Shown here in pieces: positions 11,424-21,310 of a stretch of DNA of 64,000 nt. The notes beneath the pieces were generated by a model. That model was not told the DNA's origin. It saw nothing but the letters and a program-made list of their open reading frames with translations, and made no database searches. A program made the position numbers and the translations under genes. Source of the DNA: Candidatus Bathyarchaeota archaeon (GTDB lineage: Archaea; Thermoproteota; Bathyarchaeia; Bathyarchaeales; Bathycorpusculaceae); assembly GCA_963733095.1 (NCBI GenBank), contig CAVTBV010000002.1, positions 1-64,000 on the forward strand, given 5' to 3'. Numbering within the stretch: the stretch's first letter is position 1; the number at the start of each line of letters is the position of its first letter.

Positions 11424-14306
11424 TTATTCTATGTAGATTGCTGGTTGATATGGCATTGCCATGGCTGAGCGTTGTTTGGGATCGAATCGTTTCTGGTCTG
11501 TTTCATTGTACACGCAGAATTCTGCGCTAAAGCGCTCACTCAAAAAGCCTGTTGCGCCTTCCAGTATGGCGTGTTCATCTACAACCTTGATTTTCTGCAT
11601 GTTCGCTTTGCGCTCGCTTGAAACCTTCGTTAACGCCTTGATTACGCGCGGAACCAAGTTTGCGATTTCTTTCATGTGTGGCTTTAGGTCTTTGTCGTTG
11701 GCGAATTCTTTCATTAGCTCGTTGATTTTTGCTTCGCCAGCCACGGTTTTGTCGAGAATTTTTAGGTATATCTGCCATTTCCACGGCGAGCAAGTGTAGA
11801 AGCATATGCGTTTTGGAGTTATCTTTGTGGCTTTTAGTATGTTTGTGGTGTCGGTCATTAAGTCGATGATTAGGGTTTCTTGTTCTTCAGCAGCTACATC
11901 TACTTTGTTCTGGTCAAACTTTGGCCACAAAGCAGTACTGATGAAGCCTTCTTCGCCAGTTTGGCTCCAGAGCTCTTCACAGAGGAAGGGTGCAAAGGGT
12001 GCAAGCATCTTTAGCCATGCCTTTACAGTTTCACCGAGCACTTTGGCTTCCGTGTTACCTTTTCGTTGAATGTACCAGCGCAGATCATTCCAAATCTCAA
12101 AGAGCGCAACTTGCAGGGCAGTTCGGGTCTTAAGTTCATCCAAACTGGTGGTAACCTCTCTTATTCGGCTTTGAAGTTTGCTCTGTAGCCACCGTTCCAG
12201 CATGGTATCTTCTTCTTTTTTGGCAGAAGAAATTATTCCACCTGCAAACCCGATTAAACTCTCAAACTTTGTCTGGAGGTCGCTTACGTTTTCGGCTCGC
12301 CAATCTGGGTCATCCATGCCCTCGGCACCTAACAGCAAACCACATCGGGTTGCATCTGCACCATACTTGTCGACGGCGCCCTTCATTGTTATGAAGTTGC
12401 CCTTGCTCTTGTGCATTCCTTGCCCTTCAACCATAAGCATGCCGTTTACGCCGATAGCTTTGGGCCAGTGTTCAGGCGGGAACAATGCGGCATGATGGAA
12501 TATGCAGAACGATAAGTGGTTTGGGACGAGTTCTTTGGCTGAGTTTCGCAAATCAAACGGGTACCAATACAGGAACTCTCCCCGCATAGAATCCAGCAAT
12601 TCAACCTTGATTCCAACATTGTTTGATAGTTCTCCAAGGTTTCCTTTGCCGTAGAATATGTAGTCGAAAACTTCAGGTGTTAGTGAGTTAGGATTTATTG
12701 CGTTTTGGTTTATGTGTTTGTTTACGGTGTAGAATGCCATGTAAACGGTAGAGTCGCTGAGGGTTTCTATTATCCAGCCTTTGCCCCAGGGCAGCGGTGT
12801 TCCAAAGCCTGTGGTCCGGGCGCATGCCCATTCTCGAAGCCAGTCGATAACTGTGTTGAACCATGGTTTGGCTGAATCGGGGTAAATCGTCATTTGATTG
12901 ACGGCAGCGTGGGCTTTTTCTTTCCACTCTAGGTCAGAATAATTTAAGAACCATTGGTCAGAGAGAATCTTTACTAAACACTGGGTCATGCAACGGCAAA
13001 CCACTTGCTCCGATAAGTCAAACATACTATCGGCTACGCCCATCTGTTTGAAGTCCACTATCAGGGTGTCCTTAACTTCACGCACTGACTTGCCAGCATA
13101 AGGACCACAGCTTTCTTTTAGGATTCCGCCATGGAACTCTTTTTTGTAGAGTTCTTTTGTGGCTTGGTCTGCTTTGGGGTCGTTTTGGTCTTTTATCCCC
13201 ATTTTCTCGACTATTTCCACCGCGGGGAATTCACCGAAGCCTTCAACTTTGATAATTGAGATGGGCTTAATCTGCCCGACAACCGCCGGATCCATGCCGA
13301 ATTGAGTGAGAACTTTTGGTTTTTGCTGCAGGTCGCGCAGAGCTAGCCAATCGTAGGGTGCATGTGCGGGGACACTGTAGACGACGCCTGTTGCGGTTTT
13401 GGGGTCGACAAACCATCCGGGCAGAATTGGGAACTTGAGTTTTGTAACGGGGTTTTCGAATGTTTTGCCGATGAGTTCTTTGCCTTGGAAGGTGCGTTTG
13501 ACTTCGATTTTTCTTTCCTGTTCCCCAAGTTTCTCTGCGGCTTCTTGGCTGATTATCCAGCGCTCGCCATTTACCTCTGCTTCCACGTAGGTTGCGTCGG
13601 GGTTTATCCAGATGTTTGTTATGCCGTAGATGGTTTCTGGGCGGAAGGTGGCGGCTGGCAAAATGGTGTTGTTTTCGAGCTTGTATTTTATGAGTGTGTA
13701 TTCTTCTGGGGTGACGCCTTCGCCGCTTTGTCGGTCGTGGTCGCCTGTGGGGCTTTTGTCTTTGGGGCACCAGACGACGGGGTGGGTGCCTCGTGTGACG
13801 TAGCCTTTTTCTTTGAGGTTTTTGTATTGCCACTCGATGAATTTTTGGTAGGTGGGCATTACAGTTGTGAATTCCCGTCGCCAATCCACTGAGAAACCGA
13901 TGCTTTTGGCTGCTTTGCGTCCTTCATCGGTGTAGTATTGAGCCATGTAAAGGGGGTCAACGAATTTCTCAAGTTCCGCTTCAGGTACTCCATCGACTTC
14001 GCGGAGTACTTTGATGTAAGCTTGGTCGCCTCGTGCTACTCGTTGACTTGCGCCGAGCAATGGTTGCCCGGTCCAGTGCCAACCCCAAGGCCAAAGCACA
14101 TTATAACCTTGCATACGTTTAAATCGTGCATAAGCATCAACTCGGGAAGCCGTGAAAGTGTGACCAACGTGTAATGGGCCATTCATGTATGGGTACGGGA
14201 ATGTTACCATAAATTTATGTCGTTTAAGGTCAGGGTCTGCGTCAAAAACATGGGCTTTTTCCCATTTGGCTTGCCATTTCTGCTCGAATTGCTTGGTTTG
14301 GCTCAT
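11424..14306 (-). CDS. leuS: Leucyl-tRNA synthetase (archaeal type)
   Basis: FPYPYMNGPLHVGH (HIGH), TFRPET, editing domain SVPAHAPYD, KMSKS variant GMHKS, 960 aa. Confidence 0.97.
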   Translation of the reverse strand: MSQTKQFEQKWQAKWEKAHVFDADPDLKRHKFMVTFPYPYMNGPLHVGHTFTASRVDAYARFKRMQGYNVLWPWGWHWTGQPLLGASQRVARGDQAYIKVLREVDGVPEAELEKFVDPLYMAQYYTDEGRKAAKSIGFSVDWRREFTTVMPTYQKFIEWQYKNLKEKGYVTRGTHPVVWCPKDKSPTGDHDRQSGEGVTPEEYTLIKYKLENNTILPAATFRPETIYGITNIWINPDATYVEAEVNGERWIISQEAAEKLGEQERKIEVKRTFQGKELIGKTFENPVTKLKFPILPGWFVDPKTATGVVYSVPAHAPYDWLALRDLQQKPKVLTQFGMDPAVVGQIKPISIIKVEGFGEFPAVEIVEKMGIKDQNDPKADQATKELYKKEFHGGILKESCGPYAGKSVREVKDTLIVDFKQMGVADSMFDLSEQVVCRCMTQCLVKILSDQWFLNYSDLEWKEKAHAAVNQMTIYPDSAKPWFNTVIDWLREWACARTTGFGTPLPWGKGWIIETLSDSTVYMAFYTVNKHINQNAINPNSLTPEVFDYIFYGKGNLGELSNNVGIKVELLDSMRGEFLYWYPFDLRNSAKELVPNHLSFCIFHHAALFPPEHWPKAIGVNGMLMVEGQGMHKSKGNFITMKGAVDKYGADATRCGLLLGAEGMDDPDWRAENVSDLQTKFESLIGFAGGIISSAKKEEDTMLERWLQSKLQSRIREVTTSLDELKTRTALQVALFEIWNDLRWYIQRKGNTEAKVLGETVKAWLKMLAPFAPFLCEELWSQTGEEGFISTALWPKFDQNKVDVAAEEQETLIIDLMTDTTNILKATKITPKRICFYTCSPWKWQIYLKILDKTVAGEAKINELMKEFANDKDLKPHMKEIANLVPRVIKALTKVSSERKANMQKIKVVDEHAILEGATGFLSERFSAEFCVYNETDQKRFDPKQRSAMAMPYQPAIYIE

Positions 14307-14455
14307 GAAACCTTCTGATTAAAGATTTAGCTATTAAGAGTTTTGCTTGCTTGCAATTGTAGTTCTGTTGGACATTACTGCTTTTGTAGAGTTTTTACTA
14401 AGCGGTTATATATATAGCGTATTGCGAAACCATATACAGAATTCAATCGGATCGA

Positions 14456-15310
14456 TTGGGCGTAAAAAGCTTGAAAATTATCAAAATCGCCATGTTGGCA
14501 GCGTTGTCCTCTTTAGCTTTTCTAGCCCTATTTGTTAACACAGCTTACGGAATAACAGGTAGCTCTAGCTCTGATTCAACACCGTATACGGGGGTGGTCG
14601 TGCTCTTTAGTGATGTTGACAGAACACAGACTATCGGGTTCTGCTCAGGTTTTCTGGTTTCCCCAACAGTTATGCTAACTGCAGGTCACAGCTTGATTAA
14701 TGTAGCAACCGTAAGTGTTTGCTTTGACAAAGGCCCCATCAGCTATGCCATCATCGAAGGAAAAATTGTGTATTATGGCACTGACACCGTTTACAATGGG
14801 GTTCCCGTGCAATATCCCGGATATATTCCTGATATGTCAGGAAACAATGAGTTTTCCACCAGCGATATCGGCTTAATAATTTTAGACAAATCCGTCAGCG
14901 GTATAACAGTTTTCCCCAAACTGCCAACAGTTGGGTTTGCTGATACTCTGCCTGCAAAGACAGATTTAAGAGCAGTTGGCTATGGTTTTCAATATCAGAT
15001 TACCCCTCGAAATGATGGGGTTATGAATTCGTGGACTGGAACATTATCTTGTAGCAGCGCTATAGCACAGTTGTCACCTGCGAACTTTGCAGGAAGCGAC
15101 AAATACCTCAGATTAACGGCAAACGCTGCCCAAGGGAAAGGTGGAATTTCTTTCGGCGACTCTGGCGGTCCAGTAATCTACCAGGAAGGCATCCAAGATA
15201 TCGTTCTGGCCGTTAATGCTTATGTTAACAGTGCAAATTGCCGCGGTGTAACTTATCACACGAGAATCGATACAATTCAAGCATTAGATTGGATCAATGG
15301 GATAATTTAA
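14456..15310 (+). CDS. Secreted trypsin-like (S1) serine protease
   Basis: Signal peptide; LTAGH, SDIGL and GDSGGP catalytic triad motifs. Confidence 0.9.
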   Translation: MGVKSLKIIKIAMLAALSSLAFLALFVNTAYGITGSSSSDSTPYTGVVVLFSDVDRTQTIGFCSGFLVSPTVMLTAGHSLINVATVSVCFDKGPISYAIIEGKIVYYGTDTVYNGVPVQYPGYIPDMSGNNEFSTSDIGLIILDKSVSGITVFPKLPTVGFADTLPAKTDLRAVGYGFQYQITPRNDGVMNSWTGTLSCSSAIAQLSPANFAGSDKYLRLTANAAQGKGGISFGDSGGPVIYQEGIQDIVLAVNAYVNSANCRGVTYHTRIDTIQALDWINGII

Positions 15311-15374
15311 TAAAAAATTGCAATTCAAGAATGCGAAAAATAATTAGAAACAGGTACAAAAAGAGGTGAAATGC

Positions 15375-15428
15375 ATGGTAAACAAAAAACTAATTCGAGG
15401 AAAACCGGTTACAGCAGGTTGGTTATAA
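15375..15428 (+). CDS. Unannotated 17-aa peptide MVNKKLIRGKPVTAGWL, candidate prenylated-peptide precursor
   Basis: GAGGTGA RBS at 15363-15369, 5 nt before the ATG; TAA at 15426-15428; lies directly upstream of a prenyltransferase homolog. Confidence 0.6.
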   Translation: MVNKKLIRGKPVTAGWL

Positions 15429-15614
15429 AAATTCAAGGTAAGATATTTTTCCGGAACCTTGGAGGTAAATTAAACCTTTAACTAACCAACCTTTTTCATC
15501 CAGCAATTTCTTACGACATTTTCCGTTGAGTAAATCTGCGCTATCTTTCAAAGAATACATTTGATTGTCTGCATCTTATATATTTGAAAAACAAATACCC
15601 ATGAGAAGAGCAAG

Positions 15615-16631
15615 GTGCTGATCGAAATGTCTGCTGATGAAAAAATGATGGAAATTAGAAGAATGTTCAAACAAAAAGGCGCGGTCGCAGTGAAAAATAC
15701 CCAAAAGAACATAATAACTAACTTTAAGGATGACAGTTTTTCTTCGCAAGCTCTAAATTATTTCGCGAAAGTTACTCTGCCAAAGGCTTTACCTGTATTC
15801 CCTGCCTTGGTCTTTATTTCCTGTGAAGCTATTGGCGGAGATGTTGGAAAAACGATTCCGTTTGGCGAAGCATTAGTTTTGATAAGTGCTGCCGCTGATT
15901 TACATGATGATGTGCTTGATCAGTCTTTTGTTAAAGGAAAAAAACAGACTGTTTTGGGAAAATTCAATGCTGGCACTGCAATTTTGGCAGGTGACATTCT
16001 GCTAGCGGAGGGATTCCGACAATTAATTGTTGCATCAGAATTAATTCCTGCTGGGCAGTCTAAAGAAATCATTAAATTGGTTTCTGACGCAGTCCGAGAA
16101 ATCTGTGTTGCTGAAGCTCAAGAAATTAAGTTGCACCATAAACTTGATTTACCGCCTGCTGAATACTGGGAAATAATAAGGCTCAAAGCTGTTGTTCCTG
16201 AAATTGCAATGAAAATTGGTGCTCTTGTAGGTAATGGTTGCTCAGGAGATATTGAAGCTCTTGGACGATTCGGTCGAATATACGGGATTAATTCTATTGT
16301 AATTGAGGAGTTTGCTGACCTGCTCAATAATGGGGAACTAAAAAACAGAATAAAAAACGAGATCCCGCCACTTCCCATAATCTACGCGCTTAAAGACTCA
16401 CAAATCAAAACTTGCTTACTCTCGTTGCTTGAAGGTGATTTGTCAGGCAGAAGTATTCAACAGAAAATTGTTAAAATTGTTCTTGGCTCGCCAGACGTTG
16501 ATGCTGTGCAAAAGATATTGATTACAAACGCAAATAATGGGCTAAGAGAGATACCTGAATCAGTTAAAGGAAAAATTAGAGAAGATCTAAAGAACTTACT
16601 CTTAGTTCCTCTCAAATTTTTTGAGGTTTAA
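15615..16631 (+). CDS. Polyprenyl synthetase-fold protein with degenerate second Asp-rich motif (ComQ-like)
   Basis: FARM LHDDVLD and AILAGD present; the RRG loop is replaced by FVKG; second motif is IEEFAD. Confidence 0.8.
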   Translation: MLIEMSADEKMMEIRRMFKQKGAVAVKNTQKNIITNFKDDSFSSQALNYFAKVTLPKALPVFPALVFISCEAIGGDVGKTIPFGEALVLISAAADLHDDVLDQSFVKGKKQTVLGKFNAGTAILAGDILLAEGFRQLIVASELIPAGQSKEIIKLVSDAVREICVAEAQEIKLHHKLDLPPAEYWEIIRLKAVVPEIAMKIGALVGNGCSGDIEALGRFGRIYGINSIVIEEFADLLNNGELKNRIKNEIPPLPIIYALKDSQIKTCLLSLLEGDLSGRSIQQKIVKIVLGSPDVDAVQKILITNANNGLREIPESVKGKIREDLKNLLLVPLKFFEV

Positions 16632-16814
16632 AGCCAGCCGGCTGTTCGAGTTAATTTGTTGTTTACTTTCATTGTGGTTTCTTCTCCTTACTCCTGTAGT
16701 ACTGTTCTACGCTTAGACTTTAAAACTTTTTCGGTACTTATGTTATCCTGAATATTGCTTAGTAATTCTCAATGCTTAACTTTAACCAGTTGAACAATAA
16801 GGTGGCTATAGCAA

Positions 16815-18161
16815 ATGTTTCAAAAGATGTCCTTAGGAAAAGATAGGACATATCTCAAGCTTTCGAGTATAAATGTGATATTAGTAGCTAACGCTTTTAT
16901 CTGGTACTTGCTAGCCTTCAACGCTATAAAAGAGCTACTTGGCAAACTTAACGCTTCGAACATAAACGCTTCTACTCCTGAAACCATTTTGGTTATCGGA
17001 GTAAATACTGGAGCAATTGCAATTTCTGGGCTCCTCGGCTCCTTTTTGATTGATAGACTCAAAAAACGCGAAATCTTTCTTTACCTTTGGATAGCTTTCG
17101 GCATCATATTATCCTTCATACCACTGGGACTAAACGTATTAGACATCAATCATCTCACGATAATATCCTTAGTTTTTGGCGTTTATTTCGGACTAGGCAT
17201 GCCCGCCACCATGGGGTACAATTCTAGTTTTACTAAAGTGGAGGACCGGGCAAAAATGGGTGGTTTTACTTTCCTAATAATTGCCGCTGCTACTGCAATT
17301 GCCAGCGTATTGATATTTGATAGCATTCTAGTAACTTGCATGGTTCTTGCTTTTGTTCGTGGACTGGGGTTAGTGATTTTCCATTTCATGCGTGGAAAAG
17401 AAGAAACTAATAAAGACACAAATAAAGTAAAATATAGAAGCATTTTAACAAATAAACCCTTTATTTTCTATTTCATCCCATGGTTAATGTTTACTCTAGT
17501 AAATTATATGACGCTTCCAGTTCTGCGCCTGAACGTTAACAATTATGAATTTCTGTCGGGAGCAGAAAATATAGTCATAGCTTTAGCTGCTGTGTTTAGT
17601 GGATTTATAGCTGACCGGTGGGGACGTAAACGTTTAACCATAATTGGCTTCATTGCTCTGGGCATAGGTTACGCCGTCATAGGGCTTACAACGAATAGTT
17701 TAGGAAGCATAATTTACACTGTCTTAGATGGCGTAGCATGGGGCATTTTTTATGTGTTGTTTCTTTTTACCTTATGGGGCGATCTTGCGCAAACCCGAAA
17801 CAGTGATAAGTTCTTCTTTTTAGGTGCTTTACCTTTCGTATCTTCATATTTTATGCAGTTAGTTTTTGCCCCGTATTTAGTAGATATATTGCCAACAGCA
17901 ATTTTCTCTTTTGCCGCTTTCTTCCTATTTCTCGCTGTATTACCTTTGGTATATGCTCCAGAAACCTTACCTGAGAAGTTGATGAAGGATAGAGATCTTA
18001 AAAGCTATGTCGAGAATGCGAAAAAGAAGGCTCAGAAAGATTCTGTTAAAGGAAACAAAAAAGAAAAACCTCTGAGTATACCTGAAACGGAAAAAGTGCA
18101 AGAAACAGAAAATCCTCCTGGATATGAGGAAGCATTGGAACTTGCAGAAAAATACTATTAA
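16815..18161 (+). CDS. MFS transporter
   Basis: About 12 hydrophobic segments; GFIADRWGRK motif A. Confidence 0.88.
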   Translation: MFQKMSLGKDRTYLKLSSINVILVANAFIWYLLAFNAIKELLGKLNASNINASTPETILVIGVNTGAIAISGLLGSFLIDRLKKREIFLYLWIAFGIILSFIPLGLNVLDINHLTIISLVFGVYFGLGMPATMGYNSSFTKVEDRAKMGGFTFLIIAAATAIASVLIFDSILVTCMVLAFVRGLGLVIFHFMRGKEETNKDTNKVKYRSILTNKPFIFYFIPWLMFTLVNYMTLPVLRLNVNNYEFLSGAENIVIALAAVFSGFIADRWGRKRLTIIGFIALGIGYAVIGLTTNSLGSIIYTVLDGVAWGIFYVLFLFTLWGDLAQTRNSDKFFFLGALPFVSSYFMQLVFAPYLVDILPTAIFSFAAFFLFLAVLPLVYAPETLPEKLMKDRDLKSYVENAKKKAQKDSVKGNKKEKPLSIPETEKVQETENPPGYEEALELAEKYY

Positions 18162-18180
18162 GAAAGGCAGACCTTGATTA

Positions 18181-19317
18181 TTGTTCATGTTCTTCCATGT
18201 GATACTGACAAGTGACTGCAACTTACAATGCAAATACTGCTTTGGCGAGAGCCTTGACGACTTCGACGAAAACTTCGGCGAGGACATAGAAATCGACTAC
18301 GATTTGCCACGCCAACTCAACTACGATTTGGAAATGCTCAAAGAGTTTTGCCGAAAAGACCCAGAATGCGTTTTAACATTTTACGGTGGCGAACCTTTGC
18401 TCGGGATAGATAAATTGAAGCAAATTATGAATAAGGTGCCGCCTAAGCATTTTATGATTCAGACAAACGGTTTACTTTTGGATAAGTTGGAGTCAAAATA
18501 CGTTAATCGCTTCCACACAATACTTGTTTCAATAGATGGGGAAGAAGCATTGACAGATTATTACCGTGGAGCAGGAACTTTCAGGAAGGTAATTAATAAC
18601 TTGAAACTAATCAAGAAAAACGGTTTTAGAGGGGAACTAATCGCGCGCATGACCATAATGGAGCAAACCGACATCAACAAACAGGTCCGATGGCTCCTGG
18701 ATAACAATGAGTTTTCTTTTTCCTCAATACACTGGCAACTTAACGCGGGTTTTTGGGGAAACGATTACCAACGCCGCAACTTTGAAGATTGGACAAAAAA
18801 AAGTTACATTCCAGGGGTTCGGGAACTCGCGCATTTTTGGGTTGATCAAATGCAGGAAAAGGGCGTAGTTTTGAAGCTCTATCCACTGCTTGGAATTGCC
18901 GAGTCCCTGCTTCATGACGAAAAAAACTGTCTAATGCGCTGCGGAGGAGGATGGATAAACTATGCCATCCAAACCGACGGTTACATTATGCCTTGTCCAA
19001 CCATGTGGGGAATGAAAAAATATTATTTAGGACACATTAAAGATGCTGACCCGCTTAAACTGAAACAGCTCTTTGTTAACGAAAAACCCTGTAGTCAATG
19101 CTCTATTCTCGGCGTTTGCGGAGGCAGATGCTTGTACACTAACATTACTAAACGTTGGAGTGATGAAGCTTACGGCAAAGTTTGCTTCACAGTAGAGCAA
19201 CTCATCGAGTCAGTGAAAGCTGAAGTTCCAAGAATCCAAGAACTGATAAAGAATGGGCGAATTAGGCTTCAAGACTTCAAATACCTCAAATACAATGGTT
19301 GCGAAATAATCCCATAA
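18181..19317 (+). CDS. Radical SAM/SPASM protein (AF0577-like putative peptide-modifying family)
   Basis: CNLQCKYC, YGGEPLL, QTNG; C-terminal CGGG..PC..CSQC..CGGRC..C SPASM cysteines. Confidence 0.88.
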   Translation: MFMFFHVILTSDCNLQCKYCFGESLDDFDENFGEDIEIDYDLPRQLNYDLEMLKEFCRKDPECVLTFYGGEPLLGIDKLKQIMNKVPPKHFMIQTNGLLLDKLESKYVNRFHTILVSIDGEEALTDYYRGAGTFRKVINNLKLIKKNGFRGELIARMTIMEQTDINKQVRWLLDNNEFSFSSIHWQLNAGFWGNDYQRRNFEDWTKKSYIPGVRELAHFWVDQMQEKGVVLKLYPLLGIAESLLHDEKNCLMRCGGGWINYAIQTDGYIMPCPTMWGMKKYYLGHIKDADPLKLKQLFVNEKPCSQCSILGVCGGRCLYTNITKRWSDEAYGKVCFTVEQLIESVKAEVPRIQELIKNGRIRLQDFKYLKYNGCEIIP

Positions 19318-19337
19318 ATATAGGAATTATCCATTGT

Positions 19338-19595
19338 TTATTTTCGCTTACTAAACAATTTGTTTCTTTCAATTTCCGCGTGGTATTCAAAGCCAGCTTC
19401 CATTAGCCTTATTGTTTCATCCATTCTGTCGGCGACTTTGACAGTAAAGTTGTCATAGCCTTGACCATCGTAGAGCATTTCTTCAAGGTGTATGCAAGTT
19501 TCCGTTGACCTGATGCTTTTGTGGCCAAGAATGGTCTTGACGTGCCAGGGTTCTTTAGTTTTATGTTGTTCAGTAATTGCTTTCCAATGCCTGAA
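19338..19595 (-). pseudogene. C-terminal fragment of tyrosine integrase
   Basis: FRHWKAITEQHKTKEPWHVKTILGHKSIRSTETCIHLE...EAGFEY...LFSKRK*; close to the 61081 integrase; catalytic Tyr position reads Cys; no start codon. Confidence 0.85.
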
Positions 19596-19672
19596 ACAAA
19601 GGCTTAGCGGAATAGAACCTGCTAAACATTGCCCTAATATACTATTGGTTTATTTGAATAGTTGATTTAGCG

Positions 19673-20284
19673 ATGGGAAAATTATCTAAGAATCAGCGAA
19701 AAAGAGAGATAATGAAAGTCGACGTTAAGCAGTCTAAGCAATCAACACTAGAAGACCTCTCTTTTCAGTTCAACATTGAAAGGACAAAGGAGGCAATCAA
19801 ATCAAACAAAGTAATTGTGATTAACCATATCTCCGAATCAACTAAAGAAGACGAGTTATTCCTCAGAGTTGAATTTACCTTACTACCCTCAAAGGCATCA
19901 TTTTCAAAAATTAACCTTGATCTGTATTTTCAAGAGATCATGCTCAATTCAACACCACTAATAATACCTCAAAGTCAACTGTTAAATGACAATTTTGAGG
20001 TTCCACAAGTCTTAGAGATGAAAGGGATTGTAGCAGGAGAATATCTGATCAGGGTCGAAATGTATGAGCCGTGGACTTCTGTTGAAAAGCTAAACTTTAC
20101 GGCAAAAGAAATTATTGTTCATTATGTGCCGCAAAATAGAGAAGAGCGATTAGTGAAAATCCCAACTGTGAAGAGCGTTGCAGGAATAGACCTAACGGTT
20201 GTTTCACCTGCCGCAAAAAACATCTTCCACGATATAGGACAAGACCAAAAACAAGAAGCAATGAGCAAAAGAGACGAATGGTAA
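19673..20284 (+). CDS. Hypothetical protein (Ig-like beta-sandwich)
   Basis: 203-aa ORF with beta-rich pattern GEYLIRVEMY. Confidence 0.55.
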   Translation: MGKLSKNQRKREIMKVDVKQSKQSTLEDLSFQFNIERTKEAIKSNKVIVINHISESTKEDELFLRVEFTLLPSKASFSKINLDLYFQEIMLNSTPLIIPQSQLLNDNFEVPQVLEMKGIVAGEYLIRVEMYEPWTSVEKLNFTAKEIIVHYVPQNREERLVKIPTVKSVAGIDLTVVSPAAKNIFHDIGQDQKQEAMSKRDEW

Positions 20285-20379
20285 GTGTCTTGGTCTGAAT
20301 ATGGCTCGATAATTTGTTGTTGTGGAAAGGCAATCACATATTCTTAAGAAAGAGTTCCAACTAACATTTTTGATTTAAT

Positions 20380-20610
20380 ATGACTGAACCAGACTTACCC
20401 TTCATTAAACCGGGGCCAGAAATTTCTTCAGAAACAAATGAGCTTATTCCACCCTCACCAGACGTAAAGAATCCGTTGCCTAATCATGAGCCCATTGAAA
20501 AGATGGAGACCGAGACTTTTATTTGTCCTGTTTGTGGAAAATCCTTCGATACGAAGGATGATCTTGATTTGCATATGGCAAAAAGTCATGGTCAAACAAA
20601 GAAAGCCTAA
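20380..20610 (+). CDS. C2H2 zinc-finger protein
   Basis: FICPVCGKSFDTKDDLDLHMAKSH. Confidence 0.8.
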   Translation: MTEPDLPFIKPGPEISSETNELIPPSPDVKNPLPNHEPIEKMETETFICPVCGKSFDTKDDLDLHMAKSHGQTKKA

Positions 20611-20731
20611 GAAACCACGCGTTTTTGTTTTCAGGTTCTAGTTTTTTCACTTTTTTCACGCTTTATTTGGCAAAGTTTTATTCGTTATAACGGTCAATAA
20701 TTCCATTATCACTTTTCAGGGAGGCGAATTT

Positions 20732-20893
20732 ATGGCTAAATGTCCCAAGTGTGGTAAGGAAGTTGCTCCTAAAAAATCTTGGAAGATGGCTGGTAGGCCT
20801 GACAAATCAGGAAAGAGATTGGAACTTACAATCGGTTTATGCGAGTGCTGCGGAAAAACCTTCAGAACAACACTCAGCAAGCAGAAAATCTGA
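20732..20893 (+). CDS. Cren7-like chromatin protein with Zn-binding cysteines (missing from the ORF track)
   Basis: MAKCPKCGKEVAPKKSWKMAGRPDKSGKRLELTIGLCECCGKTFRTTLSKQKI; Cren7 pattern PxKxW..IGL..GKxFR; GGAGG RBS. Confidence 0.8.
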   Translation: MAKCPKCGKEVAPKKSWKMAGRPDKSGKRLELTIGLCECCGKTFRTTLSKQKI

Positions 20894-21310
20894 TTTGCTA
20901 AAAAACAATAAACACTTTTTATTTTCTTTGGTTTTTTGCTAGGCAACTTTTGTTCTTCTATCTGATTCAGTAATTGAACGGTATTTTCCGCAATACTTGT
21001 AGGGGCCATAGATGCAGGTTTCACTATTTATCTCCCGAAAGCTGCAGACTTTACGTTTAGGGCATCCGCCAAAAAAAATGTGCCCTATTTTTACAATCGA
21101 TTTCAAACTGTGTCTCCTGAAGAGTCTTCATTTGACAGGATTGTTTTTGTGTTCTTAAAGAGTATTTCAATGATTGAAATATATCAGACCAATGCACGAT
21201 TAGTCTTAAGCAATTCTAACGAGAACAAAATATCGGCACTCTAGGCTATTTAGAATGGATAACACCAGATGATCCGAACAAATTGGAGAAACAGCTATGA
21301 CTGTTGCTAA

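Noticed and set aside
11461-14174. Several ORFs overlapping leuS
   Set aside because: Antisense or alternative-frame shadows of a clearly real gene
15371-15481. Alternative 36-aa ORF MHGKQKTNSRK... from the ATG at 15371
   Set aside because: This ATG is only 1 nt from the GAGGTGA RBS; the ATG at 15375 has a more usual spacing
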